A stretch of DNA of 64,000 bases from Sphaerodactylus townsendi (taxonomy: Eukaryota), in NCBI RefSeq assembly GCF_021028975.2, contig NC_059439.1:22816001-22880000 (forward strand). Reading direction: 5' to 3'. Numbering within the stretch: position 1 is the stretch's first letter; the number at the start of each line of letters is the position of its first letter. A program made the translations under genes and the position numbers. The notes under the pieces are model-generated. The model was not told the origin of the DNA and did no database searches. It worked only from the letters and a program-made list of their open reading frames with translations. Shown here piece by piece: positions 25,218-38,000 of this stretch.

Positions 25218-26321
25218 CATCCGCATGCAATGCATTAGGGCACCCACTGTGGTTATGTGATGCTTCTAATTTTTTAATGGCTGTTTTATGAATGGGCTGG
25301 GACATTTATAGCTCAGACAGGATTCCTGTGGTGTTTGGTGGTGGGTGATTTGTTGGTTCACTTTCAAAGCTCATACTGGCATTCAAAGAGTTGAGGGAAC
25401 AGTGTGGCAGGGATGTGATTGCCTTTGGTAAACAACTAATAAAATAACATAGCTCTTATACTTGTTTACTAATGCTATTGAGCTCTAAAGCCGAAAGCAG
25501 ACAGCACTACACAGAGACGTGAACCATTTTTACATCCAACTTCTTTCTGCAAAACTCATTGTGAGTACCAAATTTATTCAAGTAAAGAAAATGTCTTCCA
25601 TCATTTTTCTAAACCAACTAACTTAAACAGGGTAAGAAGGTTGTAACTGTGCTTACAATGGTTACTGTTGTATATTCCATATTGGGCTTGAAACGAGACA
25701 AAAAAAATGGCCCTCAGGGGATATAAGCAGGCACTGCTTTTCTTGAAAATGTTCACTCTCTGAGGGCCAATCTTAGCTCTTTGTGCCTGCTCTGGACAGC
25801 AGCTGCAAAAAGATGAACAAACATTTCTTCTGTAGCTTTGTGAATGTGGCAAGGTCCTGTAATTTAAAAAAATGCAAAACAAAACATGGTAATTAATTTA
25901 TCCTCTTGGACCAAGCATTCCAATATGTGATTTGCAAAACTTTGGATACCTGACGGTAATATCACATTGGCAAGGCCTTAAATATTGTTTATTTGGATAC
26001 TCCTTAGCAGCTGAGCCAGTAGCCAAATACATGTTAAGACAGAGTCTCTTTGCAGTTGGCCATAGCATTGACCCAGTTAGTCTGATATATTGTATTCCAA
26101 CGGGAACTTATTCTCCAAACTTTCAAAGCTGAAAGTCTTTTCCTTCTAGTTGTTCTGCCTGGGGTCATTGAGCTAGAAATTCCAGAGACTGAATCTGGAA
26201 ATTGTCCATGCCAAGCTTGTTCTCTGACAGAAGACAGCACAATGTTCATCATGTTGCCAGGAATGCAGAACTACTGCTCTAGCTAATACAAAGAAAAAAG
26301 AATAACTGATTTTGTCACAGA

Positions 26322-26539
26322 ATGTCCTTTTTATTGCTTCTGGTGCTGCTGCAGCTTCCTTGTGTGGACTGCAGGAAAGTGTTGACTATGTGTATACTCA
26401 AAAATGATTTTTCCAATTTCTATCCATATTGCAAACCAGGTGATTATATCATTGGGGGCATTCTGTCTCAGTTCAAGTCCACACCCACCATGGAGACCTA
26501 CAAGAAACTCCCAAAGTCTCCACGAATGACTTCTGGCAT
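26322..26539 (+). CDS. vomeronasal type-2 receptor (V2R, class C GPCR) exon 1
   Basis: Signal peptide MSFLLLLVLLQL, motif PGDYIIGGI, phase-2 donor AT|GTAAGT. The six exons sum to 2613 nt, or 870 aa plus stop. Confidence 0.88.
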
Positions 26540-27415
26540 GTAAGTGGGTCTATTTCTCATAAGATCAAGCCATCAATGGGGTGGGGGTGAGAATCCAGCT
26601 AGCTTTTTCACTCAGTCTCCCCTTGATGCTACAACTTCTATCCTACATGGATTTGTCCATGCTGGTCTTATGATCTCTAGAATACGCTTGATGGAGGGGT
26701 GAAAAGGACCTATCCTCTCCTTTTTTTCAAGCAGAAAAGCTGGTTGGATCTCACCCATGATATAAAATAATGCAATATAATGTAAATTGAGACTTGCTTT
26801 TCATGTTTTGTGTATTTTAATGGACTGTCTTGGTTATACAGAAGCACTGAAATGAGAAATGCAAACTTATAATGAGGAGACTGGACATAATGATGAAACA
26901 ACAGTCTCTCCAGACAAATTTGAAATATGTATTTCTTTACTTATTTCTTTAGAATATTTAGAATATTTCTGTGTTGCCTCTTCAAAGACCACTTATAGGC
27001 ATCTTACAATTATAATATTGGTTATAATATATACATACCGCATTTATCTTAAGCTTCTCAGGACCCAAGTGTTTATTACTTCAATACAGTTAAGGTTCTT
27101 CATTCACATGTAATACAAAAATGTAATAACCATTTAAAAATACCTTCTTCTGCTTCATTCTAAGACTCATTTTATTGCTGAACTTTTATGGTGGACAAGC
27201 ATTCCATCCCACTGATCACTGGTTCTAGCAGTCAGCCATGCTTCATTTACCTGCCCATTTCTTTCCCTACTTTCTGCTGCAAGCATTCAATTCCTCCTCC
27301 ATCAACTGAGTGTCATTTGTTTATTTACAACATGCATATTCCACTTTTCTCCCAGTCATTAAAAACTAGCTTAAGTCTCACACTACAGAAATATAAAAGG
27401 AGTTATTCTCTTCTA

Positions 27416-28165
27416 ATCATAGAATCATAGAGTTGGAAGAGACCACAAGGGCCATCAAGTCCAACCTCCTGCCATGCAGGAAGATACAATCAAAGCACTC
27501 CTGACAGATGGCCATCCAGTCTCTGTTTAAAAGCCTTCAAAGAAAGAGACTCCACCACATTCCAAGGCAGTGTATTCTACTGTTGAACAGTCCTTAATGT
27601 CAGGAAATTCTTCCTAATGTTAGGTGGAATCTCTTTTCCTGTACTTTGAATCTATTACTCCACATCCTAGTCTCTGGAGCAGCAAAAAAAGCTTGCTCCA
27701 TCTTCAATATGACATCACTTCAAATATTCCAGCATATCTATCATGCTATCCCTTAACATTCTCTTGGAATTCAGACCTTTTACCATTTTGGTTGCCCTCT
27801 TTTGGTCCTGAACCAGCTTGTCAATACCCTTCCTAAATTGCAGTGCCCAAACTGAACACAGTATTCCAGGTGAGGTCTGACCATTGCAGAATAGAGTGAC
27901 ACCATTACATCCCTCAGTCTAGACATTATACTTCTGTTGATGAAACCCAGAATTGCATTGGCTTTCTTAACTGCCACATCACACTGCTGACTCATGTTCA
28001 GTTTGTGGTCTACTAAGATTCCCAAATCCATCTCACATGTACTGTTGTCAATCTGGTGTCACCCATCCTAAATCTGTGCATTTCTTTTTTTTTCTGGCTA
28101 AGTATAGTATCTTAGATTTATCTCTGTTGAAGTTCATTTTGTTAGTTTTGGCCCAGCTTTCTAAT
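27416..28165 (-). mobile_element. CR1 LINE 3' fragment in V2R intron 1
   Basis: DLGILVDHKLNMSQQC...RPHLEYCVQF, with an (ATTCTATG)n tail. Confidence 0.9.
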
Positions 28166-28330
28166 TTGTTTTAGTCAAATCCCTTTACCTAATTTTGTCC
28201 TAAATGATTGGATCCAGTCAACTATCTTGCTGGTAGAAGAAAGATTCTCTTTGATATCTTAAAATTCTATGCTGGGGATCAAGTGAACAGCAGAAGCAAA
28301 AGCCATGTGGGACAAGGGATGGAGTAAAAA

Positions 28331-28471
28331 NNNNNNNNNNNNNNNNNNNNNNNNNNNNNNNNNNNNNNNNNNNNNNNNNNNNNNNNNNNNNNNNNNNNNN
28401 NNNNNNNNNNNNNNNNNNNNNNNNNNNNNNNNNNNNNNNNNNNNNNNNNNNNNNNNNNNNNNNNNNNNNNN
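28331..28471. other. assembly gap
   Basis: N run. Confidence 1.
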
Positions 28472-28536
28472 CTGTAGTGTGTATACTGAAGTCTAGCAGA
28501 ACAAATAACTAAAGATATGATGAAATCTCATTGCAG

Positions 28537-28828
28537 AATGCAGACCAAGAACTACCAGCATGTCCAGGCCCTGGTTTTTGCTGTTAATGAAATCAATGAG
28601 AACCACTTGCTTTTACCAAACATATCCCTGGGATTCTGCATATATGAGAATACTTTTGATTTAAGGAAGACCTACGAGACAACTCTGGCTGTTCCCTCAA
28701 CCCAGTTCACAATGCTTCCAAATTACAAGTGTGATCAGAAAGACAAACTGTTGGCTGTTATAGGAGGAATAGATTCACAAACATCTGTTCAGATTGCTAA
28801 TGTCTTACACCACTACAAAATTCCACAG
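28537..28828 (+). CDS. V2R exon 2
   Basis: TTGCAG| acceptor; KNYQHVQALVFAVNEIN..LLPNISLGF..PNYKC..YKIPQ|GTAGG; 292 bp. Confidence 0.93.
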
Positions 28829-29549
28829 GTAGGAAAGCTCCCTTTACTTTCCCAGTTTATCTGAACTAATTAATCCAATCCTGGCTACCAAGAACCATCA
28901 CATCTTCCCTGAGATTCTATCTGATCCCTCATGTTAAGAAGAAAAGATATGTAGGACGCTTGATCAAAACAGGGCCAGGACAGTGCAGCGAATCACGATC
29001 AATGTTGAATTAGGATTCCAGAGATACATATTCTTCAACAATACACTGCAGAGATAAACATGCTTCATGCATTCAAGCATGGCACTGACAGGACATCCCT
29101 TCAAAGCTGAATTAATTGCACAGAGTTACTGTGAGGACACAACTGAAGAGACAAGAACCACATAGGCTGCTCCTGGGCTCCCTGGATTACTAGATAAAAA
29201 GACATGAAATCGGTATGGGCAAAAGTGAGATCCAGCGCTTGGTTCAGTTCCACAGAGCCTTTGAGAAGCAGATTTTCTGCCAGGCTGAAGGCTGAGGGCA
29301 GTGACAGTGGCAGAAGGCATCTTGGCCTTCCCTGGTGGGCCTTTCTAGTGCTTTTATCACCTGCTTGCTGTATCCCTTGTTGCTGTGGTTATTGCTGCTT
29401 ACTCACCCCTATGACAAGAGGGTTATTATTAGGACATCATCTTTTATTTCAGATAAGTTGTTAATTGAGGTTTTCTATTGTTCTGTGATTTTTATGTCTT
29501 TATAGGTGATTATGGGGTTAGCGTCTGCTAGCGGAAAAATAATTGTATC

Positions 29550-30125
29550 ATAAGCATAAGCATTTATTGTCATTGTGCACGCACAACGCAATTTACAGCA
29601 GCATTCCTCGATGCACACAATTTCAGACTCATACCCCATCCTCACATTCCCCTTCCTCCACCCATCACTACACAGCCCCAAACACATCAACACAAAGCCC
29701 TGGAGTTCAGCATCGCCACAGCTCTAGAGTAGAAGCTGTCTCTAAGCCTCTTTGTCCTGGTTTTGATAGACCTGTATCATCTGCCAGATGGTAACAGTTC
29801 AAAAAGAGAGTGTGCTGGATGAGACAGATCTCTCAGAATATTTTGGGCTTTCTTTAGGCTTCGGGAATTATAGAGTTCTTCCAAGGAGGGGAGAGGGCAG
29901 CCGATAATCCTCTGTGCAGTAGTGATCACCCTTTGGAACGCCTTCCTATCCGCCACTGTGCAACTGGAGAACCATACACAGGTGCAGTAGGTTAAGACAC
30001 TCTCTATAGCACAGCGGTAAAAGGACACCAGGAGTTTTCCATTCAGTTGTTGTTTCCTTAACAGTCTAAGACAGTACAGTCTTTGCTGGGCCTTCTTAAC
30101 CACCGTGGCAGTCTGTACACCCCAG
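29550..30125 (-). mobile_element. Rex1/Babar-like LINE 3' fragment
   Basis: KKAQQRLYCLRLL..FYRCAIESVLTYC..HPAHSLFELLPSGR, with an AATAA(ATGCTT)n tail. Confidence 0.82.
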
Positions 30126-30647
30126 ATCAGAATCTGAAGTTAAATTTTGATTCATAAAGCATGTTGGTATAAATTTAATACAGTGGACAGGATAACATAC
30201 CATCTTTTACCACAGGTTCTCCACAAACACTTAGTCAACAAGATACTGGTATACAGAAATAATGATCAATAAATACATTTGATGGAATTGTTTGAAAGTG
30301 CAGTTGAGGAAAAGCCACTTGGATACTTTGTTTTGTTAATTTTTATCAAATAACTTGAATCTCCGGTGTCCTTTTGTTTAACAAATGAAACAGTGGGGAA
30401 ATTTTAGATTACTCAATTGAAGAACTATCAATCCAAGCATCATTTTTGAATACCCAGTTTCTTAGATCAAAACCTTGTGCTAAGGTTCTGAGTAGGTCAT
30501 GCGGGATGGAATAGTAAGCCTGAATATTTTTATAACAGGAAGATCAAAAATGTATTATGATGTGTTCTGAAAGGAATTGCAACATTAACCACAGAGTATT
30601 CATTCATGATTTTTACCTCCTCAGATCTCCATATCTTTCTTTTTTAG

Positions 30648-31508
30648 TTAGCTTATGGTCCATTTGACCACTTACTCAAGGATAAACACAGGTTTCCTTC
30701 CCTCTATGTGATGGCACCAGACAATGTTTTCCAGTACGTGGCTATAACACAATTACTCTTGCATTTTATGTGGACATGGATTGGAATCATTGTTCCAGAT
30801 AATGACAGCGCTCACATGTTTCGGCAGACCTTGGAGCAAGTCTTCACCCAGAATGGCATTTGTATTGAATTCACAGAAACCATTCCAATCTTGACCATGG
30901 ACTTCAAAGGCCTGGCCCTTACAAAACGAATTGAATCTGTGAGCAAAACCCTCACACAGGGGAGAGCAAATGTGATCGTTCTTTCTGGGGACTCCCATTC
31001 CCTTTTTGAGTTTAGACTCCTATTGGCTTCGTATTTACAATGGTCAATGAAGCCCATAGGAAAAGTTTGGATTTCCTCAACTGACTGTGATATCACCTCC
31101 CTAAAATCTCAGAATGTCATGGAGCTGTTGAGCTTCAATGGGACCCTGTCTTTTGCAACTCAAATTAGTGAAATTCTGGGATTCAGGGAGTTCCTCCACA
31201 CCTTGAGCCCTCATCGTACCTTTACTGATATTTTCATACGTCCTTTCTGGAAGGAAGCATTTGCCTGTGTGTTTGGAAGGGTTGGCTCTGCAATCCCAAA
31301 GAAGCTAAAATACTGCACAGGTGAGGAAAAGCTCGACACCTTGCCAAGTTCTGTATTTGAAATGAGCATGACTAGTCAGAGCTACAACATTTACACTGCC
31401 GTTTATACCATTGCTCTAGCGTTCCATTCTATGTACATTTGGAGAACCAAAAGCATGTTGACACTGGGCAGAGCACACTTGGAGCCTTGGGATATGTCAC
31501 CATGGCAG
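30648..31508 (+). CDS. V2R exon 3
   Basis: TTTTTAG|LAYGPFD..FPSLY..LLLHFMWTWIG..CTGEEKL..SYNIYTAVY..PWQ|GTATT; 861 bp open. Confidence 0.93.
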
Positions 31509-31645
31509 GTATTGTTTTTTCCTGAAAATCTGGGTAGCCAACAGGTGTGATGGATGCTCCTAGAAGTATTTAGTATGCTTTTGACATTTTTTTTACACAG
31601 GAAATGGAGGGGGCTGTAAGAAGAAGGACAGCTGGCCAAGACCAA

Positions 31646-31796
31646 GGGCACTTTCGCACATGCAGAATAATGTATTTTCAATGCATTTCCACAATTATTT
31701 GAAAGTGGATTTTGCTATTTTGCACAGTCAAATCCAGCTTCAAAGTGCATTGAAAGTGGATTGAAAGTACATTATTCTGCATGCACAAAAGTGCCC
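31646..31796. mobile_element. short palindromic Harbinger-type MITE
   Basis: TIR GGGCACTTTCGCACATGCAGAATAATG. Confidence 0.75.
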
Positions 31797-31841
31797 TGAG
31801 AGAAAAAATAACCTGACTGGATCTAACCTTTGGGTGTGTGG

Positions 31842-31872
<31 letters not shown>

Positions 31873-32201
31873 ATTTGAGCAAACTAGTGTAGGGAGTGTG
31901 ATTTGAGCAAACTAGGAAAAAATTAAGCATCCCTGCACTGTAAATTTATCCCAAACTTTTCTTTTTTAAAAAAATTAAAAGGTTGAATTTTAATTAATTT
32001 GTCCATGTCCCTTATCAAGTTAAGCATCAGCTTATGAGTTGTTTTAACTCCACATTCCCAGTTGTTTCCTCCTTTCTGGTTTTTCTCACTTTTCTCTACT
32101 GAAAGGAGTCTTAACATTACCTACCCTCCCTTCCCTCACAAAAGGCACTTTGAAAGGTATGTGGGGCTAATGAATTAGTTATGAGTGGTATATGTATCTT
32201 A

Positions 32202-32606
32202 GGCCGTTTCCGCACGGGTGGAATATTCGCACAGGGGGCGCAGCTGCATCGCAGCCGCGCCGCCCTCGCCCTGCCCGCCCGCCCGCCCGCTGCGAACGGC
32301 AGCAACTTCCCGGCGCTTCCCTCCCATCCCCTCGCTTCCCTTACCTGCTCTCCGGCCCTCCAGCGTGTCACCAGGGCCCGGGGACACGGCCCCCTGCTCT
32401 GCGTCCCGGAAGCAGGCGCGCAGGGCAGGGGAGGCGTGTCCCCAGGCCCCGGCGACGCGCCGGAGGGCCGGAGAGCAGGTAAGGCAACTGGGCGACGGCG
32501 CCCAGCGGTGCCGTCTCCCCGGTTCTTTCTGGGACCGGTCCCAGCGTCGTCGGGTCGGCGTCAAGTACGCCGACCCAGCCGCTTCCGCATTCGTGCGGAA
32601 ACGGCC
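32202..32606. mobile_element. CpG-rich PIF/Harbinger-type MITE in V2R intron 3
   Basis: Perfect TIR GGCCGTTTCCGCACG / CGTGCGGAAACGGCC, canonical TTA TSD, central inverted repeat. Confidence 0.92.
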
Positions 32607-33303
32607 TTAGTTTGTTTTCTTAAGCCACAGTGTCACATCAAATTATGATAGTTACAACAATGTATCCAAATACTGTATCCAAGTCATTAGAGGGGCCCTT
32701 TTTTCACCAGCATGAAAGCTAAGAGGACCCAACCCCACTGTTGCTTCAGACAATGACAAAAGGCTGGCAAAATTTTTGCAAGACGCCATAAAGCTGCATC
32801 AAAACAAAACCGGGAGATAAATTGTCATTTACTTTTCCTATTTGTGCCTTGTGGTTATGGCTTGCTCTTGGTCTTATTTTGGAACGTTTCATATGCCCAT
32901 AAAGGTTTCTGTCTGTCAAGAATGACAAGGACTTGGATCTTGCAAACAAGTTCTGAGCATGCTAGATAATCACTGCTATGAAGTATATTTCCTCTTGTGA
33001 TAGCATTTCCATTTGCACAAGAGCTCAATGAAAACCATTGACCTTGTGCAATTGCAAATGCTGGAATGCAATAAAATGCATTTCTTTGGCAGAGACTACT
33101 TAATGCATATGGAACTTATTCATAGGATCAAAGCCACACAGAACCCCAAATAATGACATTGTAAAATTTATTATACAATATGGGAAACAATCGTTGGTTG
33201 CTATATTGCAGGAAAGCAATAATGATTCTCAAGAAAAGGAGCTTTATAAACCATCACCCTCATGGCATATTTAAAATGTTGCTATTATTTTCTTATATTT
33301 TAG

Positions 33304-33504
33304 CTCCATCCATTTTTGGAGAAAGCACTTTCTACAGGGAAAAATGAATCAACAACTCAATATGATATTGTAAACTGGGTATTGTTCCCAAATCTGTCCT
33401 TTAACCAAGTGAAAGTGGGAAGAATGGACTTTGCAACTCCTGGAAATCATCACAATTACAATATTGATGAGAGTGCCATAGTATGGAACACTGTATTTAA
33501 TCAG
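33304..33504 (+). CDS. V2R exon 4 (short, 201 bp)
   Basis: TTTTAG|LHPFL..YDIVNWVLFPN..VKVG..W..FNQ|GTGGG. Confidence 0.9.
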
Positions 33505-34023
33505 GTGGGCATCACACATTCTTTGGACTTCATTTAATAGGAATGTATCTTTTTGACTGTGGAATATCAGTTCTCTTTTGTCTAGTTAATTCTTGTAGTG
33601 AAACTGCTACCATAATATAGAATATTGCAAAATAACAAAAGAAACAATCCTAAAACCATAGAACATTCCAAGTTCTGAAACTCCCACCCCAACCTCCCTC
33701 AAAGATAGGCAGAATATAGAGGACACCTCAAGGTCCACCCCCCATTTCAGTAGGGGGAATCAGCCAAATGCCGGATGAAGGAACTGGTCTTTGCCAGGTG
33801 CCAAAACTTCAAGAAAGTAGGTACCAGATGGGTCTCTAGTGTGAGGGCATTCCACAGTGCAGGGGGCCACTGTTGAGAAGGCACTCCAGGTTGCCTCCAC
33901 CTCCTCTTGTTTGAAAGGGGCAGGACAGTTAGGTGGGCCACCCCCTCCAACCTCAGTATCTGAGCAGAAATATATGATTGTCTTTATTATTAGACTGTTC
34001 CGTATTCTTGTCTTTATTATTAG

Positions 34024-34150
34024 ACCACTCCACATTCTTTGTGCACTGAAAGATGTCATCCTGGTCACAGAAAGATGCAACAAGAAGAACAGCCAGTTTG
34101 CTGTTACGAGTGTGTTCCATGTCCTGAAGGGACAGTTTCTGATGAAATGG
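34024..34150 (+). CDS. V2R exon 5 (cysteine-rich domain)
   Basis: TTPHSLCTERCHPG..CCYECVPCPEG..G|GTAAT; 127 bp. Confidence 0.92.
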
Positions 34151-35051
34151 GTAATATATTTCAAAATAATGACCGTAATTTGTTTTATATAAATCATAAA
34201 GACTCATCACTGTCGGTAACAGTTACACAGCCAACTTAGGTCCAAAAAGTATGGCAGGCATAGGATTGGTAAACAAGCATACATATATCACTTGAATCCT
34301 CTGGACATTGGCAGGGTCATAAATTCATGCAGGCCTCTTCTGAGAATTATAGTGCACAGCCAAGTGAAATATAGGAAGCATAGGATGCTCTGAGCCCACC
34401 AATCATGTCTACGTATCAAAAGCTTTGCCAGAGATCTCCTTTAATTGTATGGGTTAATGATTCAGAACTTTGATTGCTAGTTGGGATATGCCACCGGTTG
34501 TGATTTTCCAAATACTTGCACTGCTTTTTTTTTCCTATTGCATCTCCTTGGTCATTGCAAGAAGCTAAGGCACCATTAAGCCATGCATCTGGACTTCATT
34601 GTTTGCTCTCATGGCAGAAGGATCTCAATTTTTTGTCTGAGACACTGTCATAGTAGACAACAGTAATCTTATTCTGACCAAATCACTGTCATAGTAGACG
34701 AAGTGAGCTATTCCACACCGTGCAAGCCAGAATCACATGTTAATATATGTTAATCTCATGACAAGATTTCTTATCTGTATTCATATGCTAAGAATCCCCT
34801 TGCATATGGCTTAGGTTGTTGTTTGTGGTTTGCATTCCTCATCTATTAATGACCAATAGGGTTGGCCTGCACATGAGCATATACTGCTTGAAGTCTCTAG
34901 TGTTAATTATACTTGATGGACTGAAAGAACAAACTGTTTGAACTTGGTTTGGGTAGGAAGGGAATATGTGGTTTTGTTCTGTGATATACCTGTAATTCAT
35001 ACATCCAAAACATTATGAGATATTGGCAGTGTTCAGATATGTAACCCAGCT

Positions 35052-38000
35052 TATTTTATTTATTTATTTATTTATTTATTAGATTTTTATACCGCCCTAT
35101 CCCCGAGGGGCTCCGGGCGGTGTACAACAATAAACATAATAAAATGGCAAAATCTTTAAAAGCTGCGATAAAACAGTAAAAGCTAAGTCTTATAAATACA
35201 ATACAATAAAATACAATAAAAATACAATAATAAATATAATACAATAAAAATACAATAATAAATATAAATGGCATCCAGCTGCTCCGTATTTGAAATCCTC
35301 TCCCCAAAAGGGAGGAATGGCAGGTCCCAGATGTAGAGGGCCATGAGGCAGAGGGCCATGAAAGGGGGAGGCACCATCAGCGGCCGGTTCCTCCAAAGGC
35401 CCGGCGGAACAGCTCCGTCTTGCAGGCCCTGCGGAACTCACCAAGGTCCCGCAGGGCCCGGACAGTTGGAGGAAGAGCGTTCCACCAGGCCGGGGTTAGA
35501 GCCGTGAAGGCCCTGGCCTGTGTGGAGGCCAGCCGCATCACCGAGGGGCCAGGGACCACAAGTAGGTTGGCCTCAACTGATCGAAGAGGCCGTACAAGGA
35601 CATATGGGGTGATGCGGTCTCGAAGATACGATGGTCCCAAGCCGCGTAAGGCCTTAAAGGTCAACACCAACACCTTGAAGATGATCCGGAACTCTACTGG
35701 GAGCCAATGCAGCTGACGCAGCACAGGCTGGATGTGTTCCCAGGTGGCGCTGCCAGTGAGCAAACGCGCCGCTGCATGCTGCACCAGTTTTAGTCTCCGG
35801 ATCAAACGCAAGGGAAGGCCCGCGTAGAGCGAGTTACAATAGTCTAATCTGGAGATGACCGTTGCATGGATCACTGTGGCTAGATCCGCTTGGGAGAGGA
35901 AGGGGGCCAGCCGCTGGGCTTGGCGAAGATGGAAAAAGGCAACCAGGGTTATATGGGCCACCTGGGTCTCCATTGAGAGAGACGAATCCAGGTGGACCCC
36001 CAGGCTGCGCATGGAGGGGGTCGGCGCCAATATGGCCCCCTCCCACACCGGCGGCTGAAAAGTCCCACCTCCCCCTTCACAGCCAAGCCAGAGGATCTCC
36101 GTCTTTGATGGATTCAGTTTTAACCTGCTCTGTCGCAACCAACCAGCAACCGCCTCCATACAATGCTATAGAGCCGCAGGGGCGGCGGCTGCTCTCCCCT
36201 CCATCAACAGAATGAGCTGAGTGTCATCTGCAGATTGATGACAGATCAGCCCAAAACTCCATACCAGCTGAGCAAGGGGTCGCATGTAGATATTAAATAA
36301 CAGCGGGGATAATAATGCCCCCTGGGGTACACCGCACTGAAGCGGGCACTTCCGGGAGGCCTGATCCCCGCACCTCACTTGCTGATTCCGACCCCGGAGA
36401 AACGAGACAATCCACTGAAGGACAGTGCCCCGTACTCCGGAGGCGGCCAGGCGGTGGGTCAAAAGGTCATGGTCGACCACATCAAACGCTGCGGTAAGGT
36501 CTAGCAATACCAGCAGCGCCAATCCACCTTGGTCAAGCTGAATATGGAGTGTGTCTGTGATGGCAACGAGAACAGTCTCCGTCCCATGCCCAGCACGGAA
36601 GCCAGACTGGAAGGGGTCGAAAGCCGATGCGTCATCCAGGAAACCTTGAAGCTGCTCCAACACCACTCTCTCAATTACCTTCCCCAGAAACGAAAGATTC
36701 GAGATGGGGTGGTAATTGGCCAGATCACTTGGATCTAATGATGGTCTTTTTAAGAGTGGGTGGACCACTGCCTCCTTCAACCCATCCGGGAAGACTCCTT
36801 GCTCAAGGGAGCCATTGATTATACTCAACAGATGGGGTCGTAACTCCGCCCGGCAGGTTTTCACAAGCCAGGACGGGCACGGATCCAGAGGACAGGTAGT
36901 AGGTCTAACAGCAGCTAAGGTTCTGTCGATAGCGGCTTCAGAGAGCAGGGAAAACTGGGCCAAACAAGGGCCTGAAGACGGCAAGGGAGTCTCCAGTTCA
37001 CTAATTGTAGCCAACGTGGGTGGAAGGTCATGGCGGAGCGACGCGACCTTGTCCGCAAAAAAGCTCATAAATGCCTCACAGCTAATACTCAATTGAGGAT
37101 TTGAAGAACTCTCCGATAAGGAGGTCAATGACCGAATTATACGAAACAATTGTGCTGGGCGGGAACTAGCGGATGCGAGAGAGGAGGAGAAGAAGGCCCT
37201 CTTCGCCTCCTTCGTTGCCATCTCATAGGCTTTCATAAACGTCCTATAAGATGTTCGCGCAGCCTCGTCACGAGATTTCCTCCACACTCGCTCTAGACGT
37301 CTAAGCCCCCGTTTCATACGGCGCAGCTCCTCCGTATACCATGGAAGCGTCGAGAGCGAGAAGGCGTAGCGAGGACGCTGGGGAGCAACAACTTTGATGG
37401 CACCAGGGCGCCGGGAACTCCAGTCCTCCACCTGCTCATCGAGTGTGCCGGCAGGTTCAGGGTCCCGCAGAGCATTCAGGAAACCAAGTGGATTCATGAG
37501 TCTCCAGCGGGCTGGCGTAAATCAGCCGATGCGCCTAGACAGGGGTAGTGCGGCAAGTCCATCCGGACCTTCAAGGCATAATGGTCGGACCATGGCACTC
37601 TATCAATAGAGGATACGACCAAGTTTATCCCCGACCGAAGACCAAATCCAGCACCTGTCCGGCCTCGTCCGTGGGACCAAAATTTACTAAGGAGAGGCCT
37701 AGCGTCGCCATGGATGACACTAGGTCCGCGGCCGCCGTACATGAGGTGACATCGACATGGACGTTGAAGTCACCCAAGACAATAAGTCTGGGGAACCGCA
37801 ACGCCCAATCCGACACCACCTCCAGCAGCCGTGGCAGGCCGTTTCCTGGTGCGCTAGGCGACCGGTATACCAGAAGAACGGCCAACCTCTCCAAGGCCAA
37901 CCACTCCAGGCCGACACATTCCATGCCGGTGATCTCTGGGACGGGGACTGCCCTGAAGGGAATAGACTCGCGTATGAACAGAGCCACGCCACCCCCCCGG

